Shown one piece after another: positions 41,944 through 50,645 of a stretch of 64,000 bases of DNA. The notes under the pieces were generated by a model. That model saw only the letters and a list, made by a program, of their open reading frames with translations. It was not told the DNA's origin and made no database searches. Numbering within the stretch: position 1 is the first letter of the stretch; every line of letters begins with the position of its first letter. The translations under genes were made by a program, and so were the position numbers. This DNA comes from Schmidtea nova (Eukaryota): the NCBI GenBank assembly GCA_044892505.1, contig CM097882.1, positions 44,950,001-45,014,000 of the forward strand, given 5' to 3'.

Positions 41944-42525
41944 ATGATACATTACTCAGATATGGACGAAAATCCCAATCGAAATTACAAGCAAGAGGCA
42001 CGCGAACATAGAGCACGATCTCGTGTCCTCGAGAGTCGCTTGAGACAGCTGAATGAGGAGTACCAGCGGATTAAGGCAACATGGTTTAATCCTGAGAGGG
42101 TTAAAGCCATCTTACAAGCCCGATACAGAGCGGAGCGAACGATCGATGAACAAGCGAGAGAGGTCGCAGCCCTGAAATTAGAGTTGGCCAATTATTTAAA
42201 GGTGTCGACCCAAGATTTCATCGCTGAGCAATTGCGTCCAGTGATTAGAGCGAGTACCTTCAACAAATGGTTAAACTCGACATCAGCAACGACGAGTACG
42301 CAAACCGACAAAGAGATAATCGTAACCACGGCAACCGAGATGACCACAACCATACCACGAGGGTCGCAGAGGACAAAACGAAGGAATCGCTTGGGAGCGA
42401 AAAAGCGTAGGGAGAGGCGAGCATACGCAGATCGTCTCGGAATAGAAGTAGACTTGCTCAGTGGCCTATCTGAACAAGAACTACTAAATGTAATTAGACC
42501 CTCTGTATTGTTAAACTATAAATAA
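41944..42525 (+). CDS. LTR-region ORF B, 193 aa, coiled-coil with basic C-terminal region, unknown function
   Basis: Heptad-like N-half (LESRLRQLNEEYQRI..VAALKLELANYL), Thr-rich linker, KRRNRLGAKKRRERR; CCCTAG acceptor 3 nt before the ATG; AATAAA next to the stop. Confidence 0.6.
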   Translation: MIHYSDMDENPNRNYKQEAREHRARSRVLESRLRQLNEEYQRIKATWFNPERVKAILQARYRAERTIDEQAREVAALKLELANYLKVSTQDFIAEQLRPVIRASTFNKWLNSTSATTSTQTDKEIIVTTATEMTTTIPRGSQRTKRRNRLGAKKRRERRAYADRLGIEVDLLSGLSEQELLNVIRPSVLLNYK

Positions 42526-42917
42526 ATGTATAAAACGAATGATTTGACTTGTCTTGTTTGTTTGTAGAATGTCTGAGAATTGAATGTGACTAAAACCCGG
42601 ATTCATGAAAAACTGCAGATGCGCTAAGATTAAATTACCCTAGGACAATAGCAAAGAGCATAAGTGGGACCGAAAGAAATCCACAAACACCTTCTATCGG
42701 TAGTGGTGGACCCGTGAATAAACAAGGGAATAGTAGCCGCAAGGTTGCTCACCTGCCTTGTCATTTCACAACGTTGACACAGTACCAACATGATGAGTAG
42801 TTAGGGATACATCATGGGTGTCAGCGGGGGGGATGTTTTTATGTTGGCGAGATCACCCTAACATATAAAATCATAAGGATCTCAGTTGTCAATCTATCCA
42901 ACACACCAGCATAAATT

Positions 42918-42935
42918 TGGGGGCTCAGCCGGGAT
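42918..42935 (+). promoter_or_regulatory. Primer-binding site, tRNA-Pro type
   Basis: TGGGGGCTCAGCCGGGAT matches the canonical tRNA-Pro PBS TGGGGGCTCGTCCGGGAT at 16 of 18 positions. Confidence 0.8.
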
Positions 42936-43471
42936 TAAATCGATCTTTGTGGGAAAAAGTGAATTCGATATCTGCAGACAGTTTAGAGCGCCTGAACCGG
43001 GATGAATTGAATTTAGCGAGGAAAAGTAATGTTAATGATAACAGAGGGTTTGAGGGTCCTGAAGCAAGAATGAATCGGGTTGGAAAATAATAAATAAAAG
43101 TATGGGTGTAAAAGAATGAGATTGATGAACGTGAAGAAAGTATGCATGAGAATGAAAGTATGAATGATAATGGAATGGAAGTATGAGGATGAATGAAGTA
43201 TGATGAATAGTATGTGGAATAACAGTATGAAGAGTGATGAAAAGTATGCATGACGTAAGGTAAAAGTATGCTGAAAAGCGTGTATGAAAATGGTATGAGT
43301 GTGAGCAACTAACAATGATCATGTCGGGGCGACATTCAAGAACACGGGGGGATACGCAAGTAACGACGAAAAACAGAACAACAGAAAGCGAACAGTAGGG
43401 CTACCATAGAATAAGAATGATAAATAATAAATAAAAATCGATAACAAAATTAATGAGAATTCATTCAGGGG

Positions 43472-43930
43472 ATGGAGAACAAAATAAAAGAAATGCAAAC
43501 GTTTTTCGAAACAAACAATGAAACAGTGGAGACAATAACGAGAAAGTTAAAACGACTCGAAGTAGGAGAATATCATGAGCCGACAAACAACACAGAAAGA
43601 GCGGAAATGATGATGAGCATAAGTGAGAATAAGATAACAGTGGATACAGCAACACGATATCAGTGGTATAGAGAAAGATTAAACAACCCTGAGATGAATA
43701 TCGAGTGCCACAGGCTAGAACAACAGTTAACAACAAAACACGATGAGTGGATAAGAATAACAACAGAACATACGAGACAATATCTGACGTGTTACATCTG
43801 TGAAATGAACAAAATACAGATAATGTTGTTGCCATGTGGGCATTTTCGATTCTGTAATGAATGTAAAATAAATGAACGATGTCCTATGTGCAACCTTCCC
43901 GTATCCGAGAAAATAACAGTGTACTTGTAA
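43472..43930 (+). CDS. IAP-type C-terminal RING finger (C3HC4) protein without BIR domains, 152 aa
   Basis: CYICEMNKIQIMLLPCGHFRFCNECKINERCPMCNLPVSEKITVYL-stop has the spacing and extreme C-terminal position of IAP/MDM2-type RINGs; coiled-coil N-half. Confidence 0.8.
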   Translation: MENKIKEMQTFFETNNETVETITRKLKRLEVGEYHEPTNNTERAEMMMSISENKITVDTATRYQWYRERLNNPEMNIECHRLEQQLTTKHDEWIRITTEHTRQYLTCYICEMNKIQIMLLPCGHFRFCNECKINERCPMCNLPVSEKITVYL

Positions 43931-44981
43931 TAGAAATAAAGTTTTGAACAAGTGCAGTTGTTATTGAAATTATGAGGGTTTAATAATGATTTGGTAAAAA
44001 TGACCTAAGTAATTATGAGCTACTTACGAGTAGTCCGTTAAGCACCCATTTGGGGGAACCAACTGATCAACTTACCCGAGATGTGTAGAAAGGGGCCAAT
44101 CGCGGATATTGGAAAGCTCTTGTGATGTGACTGATCACCACATCGTGCATCAGTGGACCAATGCGATCTTTTTATATATTTTGGTTGGGGTGAAAGGTAG
44201 GGATAACTCAATGAGGTTTAGGCGCGTGCAGAAAAACTATAAAAATAGGATGTTAGAACTGATCAGTAAAGAGAGAGAGAAAGCAATGAAATGAGTAAGA
44301 TGAATAACGAAACGTGGTATATGATGAAAGGCACGTAATCAGCTCGCATAAGGTAAAATCAAGTAGAAAGGTTGACGAATCAATAATAGAATAAAGGGGT
44401 ATAACAGATGAACCGAGTAAATGGAAAACTCGAGGTTAAAGGAAATCCTTGAAAGAAAGGAAATGATAAAAGGGGTCCTAGAGAGAAAGGATTTGCCCAT
44501 AGTTCTTGAAAGATAGAACTTAACGAAACGCGACAATAGATTCTCCGAAGAAGCATAAGTGACCACTGGGAGGAACATCCCGAAGCAACACATGCAACCA
44601 CTGAGAGATGATATTTCGAGTTTTCGTTCGTGAGCATAGGTCTCATAGTGAGCATAGGTCTCGTCATAAAAATAACATCCTAGTGAGCATAGGTCTCGTC
44701 ATAAAACACAACATCATAGTGAGCATAGTTCTCGTCCGTAAATATAAATCTCGTAGTGAGCAGAGTTCTCATTAATAAACACAAGACCAGCGAACATAGT
44801 CCTCATCAGTGAGCGTAGTTCTCATCAACAAACATAGTCACCACAGTGAGCTTAGTTCTCATCAGGAAACATAATTCCTGTAGTCACCATCAGTGAGCAT
44901 AGTTCTCATCGGGGAACATAGTCCCCGGAGCAAAGAGTTTCCATCAGTAAGCAAAACCCTCATAACAACCATGTTTTGCCA

Positions 44982-45304
44982 GTGAGCATAGTTCTCGTCA
45001 GTGAGCATAGTTCTCGTCAGTGAGCATAGTTCTCGTCAGTGAGCATAGTTCTCGTCAGTGAGCATAGTTCTCGTCAGTGAGCATAGTTCTCGTCAGTGAG
45101 CATAGTTCTCGTCAGTGAGCATAGTTCTCGTCAGTGAGCATAGTTCTCGTCAGTGAGCATAGTTCTCGTCAGTGAGCATAGTTCTCGTCAGTGAGCATAG
45201 TTCTCGTCAGGGAGCATAGTTCTCGTCATTGAGCATAGTTTTCGTCATTGAACATAGTTCTCGTTAGTGAGCATAGTTCTCAGCGGTGAGCATAGTTCTC
45301 GTTC
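44982..45304 (+). repeat. 19-bp tandem array (GTGAGCATAGTTCTCGTCA): 12 perfect and 5 diverged copies, with degenerate spaced copies at about 44627-44930
   Basis: Counted directly from the sequence. Confidence 0.95.
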
Positions 45305-45627
45305 GAAATAAAATATTGAGTAAAAGCCCACGAGAAAGACGACGAAGTGAGGCAGATGAGGACCAAATTAAGCACAAAACTATCCGGATAGTGAAGAGCA
45401 ATAAGCGATAATGGAGATGAATAAATGATAATGAGGATAAATGATGAATAGTGAAAATGAATAGCGAATAATGAGGAATAAGGGTTGAAAGAAACCGAGG
45501 TAATAATGAGAGAGTTGAAGGTGCGCACCTGGGTATTGATAAATGCGAGTAAAGCTGATTATGTGGCCTAATGATGTTAAAGTATGCATACAGAGGAGTA
45601 GTAAAGTAAAGTGAGTAAGTGAAGGGT

Positions 45628-46090
45628 GCTGACTGGAAAACCCAGCAGACCATGAGATTCGAGGGGAATAAAATGAAACCGGTTTGGTAAGACAGGTAAA
45701 GTGGTAAAGACGCTAGCTGGAAAACCCAGCAGGTCAATAATAACGAGTAAGAAAGATAGAGGGAATAAAAGTGAGTAATAACAAAGTAGTGAAATTGAGG
45801 ACGCTGACTGGAAGACCCAGCAGGTCAAAAGTGATGATCATCGGAGTAAAGAGCAGTTAAAAGTCGATAGTAAAGAGATAAATGGAGAGTAAAAAGAGCG
45901 CTGACTGGAAAAAACCCAGCAGGCTAATGAAACGACAATTGAGGTCAAGAATAATGAAGCAGAAGTAAAAGGTGAGATTAAGAGCGCTGACTGGAAAACC
46001 CAGCAGGTTAATGAGATAATGAGTGATGTTGAGAGTAATAAAGTCGAGATAAAAGGTGAGATTAAAGGTGCTGACTGGAAAACCCAGCAG
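45628..46090 (+). repeat. Six spaced copies of a 21-nt stem-loop motif GCTGACTGGAAAACCCAGCAG
   Basis: Starts at 45628, 45712, 45803, 45900, 45986, 46070; period 84-97 nt; purine-rich, partly divergent spacers. Confidence 0.9.
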
Positions 46091-46967
46091 GCCAACGAGA
46101 GATGTCAGTTGAATCAAAGGTGAGTAGAGATGAGAATTGAAATGAAGTAGTAAACGCAGTGTGAATAGGAAATAAAGCGAATAGTGGAGAAACAGAGTAG
46201 TCGACAGATAAGGGGAAATTTGAACTCAGAGCCAGAGAAGCCTGAGAAAAATAAAGGGAATAATAAGAGCGCTGAGCGACAAAGTAATTGGGGAACTGGG
46301 GAAAAGTAATTGGTGTATTTGATAAAGAATAGATAATTGATACGACTGCATAGATAATTTAAATAGACTTAAAATCAAGGGAAATGGGAAAAATGGGGAT
46401 CTTCATGAATTATGACTACACCCGTGAGAGGGACGAGAAACACGATAATGGGGACGTATCGTGTAAGTGATTATTTGTTTTAAGGAAACAAATCAATCAA
46501 GCAATTCAAAGCAATCTAGCAGTCAGAGCAATCAAAGGAAACAAATCAAAGAAGAAGCAAAGCAAAAGCGGAGTAGAAAATCAGTTGAGAATATAAGAAG
46601 TTGAGGAATAGACAAAATTGAGGGACGAGAAACAAGATCAGGTATAATACCAATCTTAACGGAAGCAGAAAGAAAAGCAGCAAAAAGGACAAGAACAGGT
46701 AACAAACCTAAGCAACAAAAGAACAAACAAGTAGAGATCAGCGACAATTCGAGTAATAAAGAGAATCAAGAAGAAACCCCAGAGGATCCAGAAGTACGAA
46801 ACGAAGTAGAAACGATAGACAGTGAACTAGTCAGGGAAAACAGAACAAGAAGCGAATCAAGAGATAACGAAACAGAGAGTAGTGAAGAAGAAGAGTCGAA
46901 TTCAGAAACAAGTGGTGAACTAGAAGCAAAGAAAACTAGTACAGTATTCCAAGACAGTGGAATCGGG

Positions 46968-49900
46968 ATGAGTGATCACAGAGAGGATCTAAGAGAAAAA
47001 TTCAAGGGCGAACCATTCAATGGAGACGCCAGTAGATTGGATACGTTTCTGAAGGAATTTGGCATATTTGTGGATATATGCGGATGGAGTGCAGAAACGT
47101 TGGCAAATCGAATCCCGCTATACTTGAAAGATAGCGCATTGGATCTGTATATCGAAAAGAGATCGGGAAGTAATCCACCCAGAACGTGGGAAGCGATCAA
47201 GGAGTTCTTCCAACAGACGTTTGGGATAAACAAAGTGCTGAATGAAGCATTCGATGAGTTTTCAGCAAGAAAACAAAGGAGAAACGAGTCAAATGCGGTG
47301 TACGCAAGTGAATTAAGAAAGTTGGCGAAACTGGCGTTCAACAGAGGAAGCCCAGTAGACGAAGAATTGATGACAGCGTTATTCGTACGAGGTCTCAGGA
47401 GACCTGACATCAGAACACAAGTGGGATGCAAAGGATGTAAAACAGTAGATGAAGCGTTGGAAGCAGCCAACCTATTCGAATTGCATATGGCAATGAACGA
47501 CATGAGAATTACGGCGGTAATGGGAAAAACGACAGAAGATGAAGAACAAGGAAAAAGAAATATGAATCAAAGTATTCCCCATTCGCAGAGATTGTTCAAA
47601 GAACCGCCAGCGAGGAAAAATAACGGATATATCACAGTAAACACGAATGGAGGAAATAGTTACAATGACAGGCAGAATAGGCAATGTCAGACGTGTGGGA
47701 AAAGCGGACATTGGCAACAAGATTGTTTTCAGAATGTAGCCTGCAAACTGTGTGGACAAAAAGGTCACTCAGAAAATCGATGTTATGGGAAAACGTGTTA
47801 CACATGTGGAAAAACCGGACACATGTCAAGAGACTGTAATCAACAGAGAAGTTGGTCAAACAGTGGAAATAGACCGAATTACGGGAATCGACCAAGCTAT
47901 GGGAATCAGGGTCAACAACGGAATAACCCAAACAGCAGTGCAAATGAAGCCAGTATGAAAGAAGCCAAGTTGAGACAGGAGGTATCCAGATTACACGAGA
48001 TAATCGAAAGCATGGCAAAAGGAAGCCAGCAAGCTGCTCAACCAAAGATAAACATGATCCAGTTAATAGAAGCTGAGGCCGAAAGGGAAAATAGAGAAAG
48101 TCAACAGAAACATAATCAAGAATGGGCTAGAGTACGACGAGAAGAAGAACAAGTCAGGCAACAACGATTACAACAGTTAAAAAAGGGAAATCCAAGGATC
48201 AACATGATGCGAGCAATGATGGAAGAGAAGCAGCAAGATGAGTCAGACGGGTTAGAAGTTAAAGAGAAAAGAAATGAAGAGCAGGAACAAGAAGAAGTGA
48301 ATCAGGAAGTAGAAACTGCAGAACAGAATAAAAAAGATGAAGAAGGGGAAAAAGAAACGGAAACAGAAAAAGAAACAGAAAAAGAAGCGAATCAAGAAGA
48401 GGAAGTAAGAATCAAACAAAAGGGAATGATAGTGATCATGCCGAATGATCATTGGTTTCGATTCAAATATGATGTAAAAGAAGAAGTGGGAAGATTGTTC
48501 AATAAAGTAAATAAGATGATTCCGGGAGTGACAAAACTGCCCAGAGAAGCATTCCTACAAACAGAGGATTTACCGGAAGTAAAGTTGAAGATGACTGATA
48601 TATGGGAAGATATGGGAGTAACAGAGACGAAAATGAACGTGATGATCATCAGAGAGGTGGAACCGGAGAAAATCCCACCACCAGTGAAACATCAAACCCG
48701 GATCAGTCGAATATTCAAGGGAAAAATAAGACGAAGACGGTTGGAAGAAATAGACGAATTGGAGAAAAGAATGGGAAAAGCTGAAATAACGAGAAACGAA
48801 AATGAACTAATACAGGAAGTTAGCAAAAACGAAACGAGACCAACCGCACATATTGGGATGCTGAGACACCCAAGACAGGAGTTGTCAGATGAAGAAGACG
48901 ACAGCGAAGTTAGCAATCTGGCAGGAGACATGCTAAAGGAACCGGAAAACGAGGACAAAAAGATGGAAGTAGTCGAGACAATAGAAACGATGTCAGTAAA
49001 GGAAGACGAAATTCAGAAGTTGATGGATAATGCGTTAGAAGTAATCCATAACGAGGAGTATATCGACAAGAAACGATACCGAAAGTTCATACGAGCAGTA
49101 TGGCAAATGAAGTATAAAGAGTGGTTACAAGAAAGAGAAGTGAGAGTAATACAGGAGTTCATAGAAAAGTTATTGAAAGAACCACTCAACGAATACGTAA
49201 TACAAATATGGATAAACGAGTGTTCACCGAGAATCTGGATAAGGAACCCAATGACGGATGGAATTTACAGATGGGTTGAGGACAGATTGGGAAGCTCGTA
49301 CAAAGACAAATTCATATATTCGGAAAACGGATTGGTGAGAAAAGGAACGCATATGATAGACACAGGCATCTGGCCAGGAGAAATAACGACGTTATCTATA
49401 TGCAACACCAAAAAGGAAGAGAATCTACAAGGAATCGTCAAAGAAGCGAATACGTGTTATGAGATGAGAATAAAACCTCAGTTGGTAGAGGCAAAGGAAA
49501 GAATCTCGGCAGAGAACTTGAATACGATGATAGAACAGATCATCCAACAAATCAAGAAACATCGAAAGGAATTGACGAAAAGCGAGTATGAGAATTTGAA
49601 ACAGTGTATCGAGAACATACGAGATACCAGTCAAACGAGACACTCAAATTTCAAAACGGATAGGTTAATCGCCAAGATGGGGAAAGAAATGTTTAAACGA
49701 GGAGAGGTATCAGATCTGAAGATTACCGTGAGATTGCCGAACGAAGAGATAAAACAAATTGAGGTAATACCAGATAGTAAAGTGGGAGAAATAGTAGATG
49801 TCATCAATGAGACGATATTACAACGAGAACGGGAAGAAGAATTCGAGGATGACATTGCGATAAAATACAAAGAACACCTACTGAATGAACGTGACGAAAG

Positions 49901-50645
49901 ACGAGCGTATAAAATCGGCATATGGGATAATTATCAGACAATAAATGTCATCAGAATGGATGATGTGCCGAGGGTAACACCAAGAGATGAGGAAAGGAAA
50001 AAGAAACGACAAGAGGACGTTATGCGTAAGTTGAGGCAAATAGTAGAAATCTATCGGAACTGGCAGATGAAGCCAGAATGGGAGACAATATTAGGAGAAG
50101 TGGATCTTAACAGACGACGATTGACGCCAGTAGAGAAACAATGGGATAACAAAGAGAAATGTTGGAAAGTGAAAAGAGGCGTGTATGAAGAAGATCCGGA
50201 AGGAGAAGACAGATACGAAACGAATACGAAACGGATATGTATGGTAACAAGGAGAATATTACCAACGGACTTAGACGGACCAGAAACTGCAGTAATATGG
50301 GCAGAATTGGAGAAACAGAAAACGAGTGAATTGATCGAGCTGTTGAGAGGAAATACTCGAGGAAAAAGACAAACAATAAAAGGCTTAGCAGGTTTTATAA
50401 TCTCAAATGGAGAAGACATAACGAACTTGAGAAAAGTAGCTAAAGCGATAGCAGAATACAAGAGAGTTAATGAGTGGTGTCCAGAGCAACTAGACGATGT
50501 AATAAAAAAGTGGAGAAACAAAGAGTTTGCGGAGGAAACGCCACAGAAAATACATTTGAGGATAATGTATCCGAATCAGAGAAAAGAAGAATTTTGGGTG
50601 ATGCTAACAGAAAAAGTGAAAAGTGTTAAAGAGAAACTGATGTAG
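46968..50645 (+). CDS. gag: Gag-containing polyprotein segment 1 (capsid-like domain, 3 CCHC zinc knuckles, acidic/coiled regions, ubiquitin-like domains)
   Basis: PFNGD...FLKEF...W....A..IPLYLKDSALD capsid-like N-terminus; three CX2CX4HX4C knuckles at 47685-47837; ends at a TAG that is in frame with the next ORF. Confidence 0.9.
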   Translation: MSDHREDLREKFKGEPFNGDASRLDTFLKEFGIFVDICGWSAETLANRIPLYLKDSALDLYIEKRSGSNPPRTWEAIKEFFQQTFGINKVLNEAFDEFSARKQRRNESNAVYASELRKLAKLAFNRGSPVDEELMTALFVRGLRRPDIRTQVGCKGCKTVDEALEAANLFELHMAMNDMRITAVMGKTTEDEEQGKRNMNQSIPHSQRLFKEPPARKNNGYITVNTNGGNSYNDRQNRQCQTCGKSGHWQQDCFQNVACKLCGQKGHSENRCYGKTCYTCGKTGHMSRDCNQQRSWSNSGNRPNYGNRPSYGNQGQQRNNPNSSANEASMKEAKLRQEVSRLHEIIESMAKGSQQAAQPKINMIQLIEAEAERENRESQQKHNQEWARVRREEEQVRQQRLQQLKKGNPRINMMRAMMEEKQQDESDGLEVKEKRNEEQEQEEVNQEVETAEQNKKDEEGEKETETEKETEKEANQEEEVRIKQKGMIVIMPNDHWFRFKYDVKEEVGRLFNKVNKMIPGVTKLPREAFLQTEDLPEVKLKMTDIWEDMGVTETKMNVMIIREVEPEKIPPPVKHQTRISRIFKGKIRRRRLEEIDELEKRMGKAEITRNENELIQEVSKNETRPTAHIGMLRHPRQELSDEEDDSEVSNLAGDMLKEPENEDKKMEVVETIETMSVKEDEIQKLMDNALEVIHNEEYIDKKRYRKFIRAVWQMKYKEWLQEREVRVIQEFIEKLLKEPLNEYVIQIWINECSPRIWIRNPMTDGIYRWVEDRLGSSYKDKFIYSENGLVRKGTHMIDTGIWPGEITTLSICNTKKEENLQGIVKEANTCYEMRIKPQLVEAKERISAENLNTMIEQIIQQIKKHRKELTKSEYENLKQCIENIRDTSQTRHSNFKTDRLIAKMGKEMFKRGEVSDLKITVRLPNEEIKQIEVIPDSKVGEIVDVINETILQREREEEFEDDIAIKYKEHLLNERDERRAYKIGIWDNYQTINVIRMDDVPRVTPRDEERKKKRQEDVMRKLRQIVEIYRNWQMKPEWETILGEVDLNRRRLTPVEKQWDNKEKCWKVKRGVYEEDPEGEDRYETNTKRICMVTRRILPTDLDGPETAVIWAELEKQKTSELIELLRGNTRGKRQTIKGLAGFIISNGEDITNLRKVAKAIAEYKRVNEWCPEQLDDVIKKWRNKEFAEETPQKIHLRIMYPNQRKEEFWVMLTEKVKSVKEKLM

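Larger units (their letters stand above)
40383..42911 (+). repeat. Probable 5' LTR (~2.5 kb) containing two ORFs in U3
   Basis: TG at 40383 after a purine tract; CA at 42910-42911, 6 nt before the PBS; TATA-like TATAAATA/TGTATAAAA at about 42518-42535 and AATAAA at 42717-42722 in U3-R-U5 order. The second LTR is not in the window, so this cannot be confirmed. Confidence 0.5.

Noticed and set aside
42569-42583. Acceptor TTTGTAG followed by ATG
   Set aside because: The ORF is only four codons, so it was not counted among the accessory genes; it lies near the presumed R region.
45628-46090. CRISPR array (palindromic repeats with spacers)
   Set aside because: Eukaryotic retroelement leader, no cas genes, spacers are 63-75 nt and partly similar to one another; kept as a stem-loop array instead.
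42925-46117. Minus-strand His/Ser/Phe-rich ORFs in the leader
   Set aside because: Produced by low-complexity purine-rich repeats.
50230-50520. Possible death-fold (CARD/DD) domain between the ubiquitin-like domains
   Set aside because: Helical and has Trp at plausible positions, but no diagnostic pattern could be confirmed by eye.
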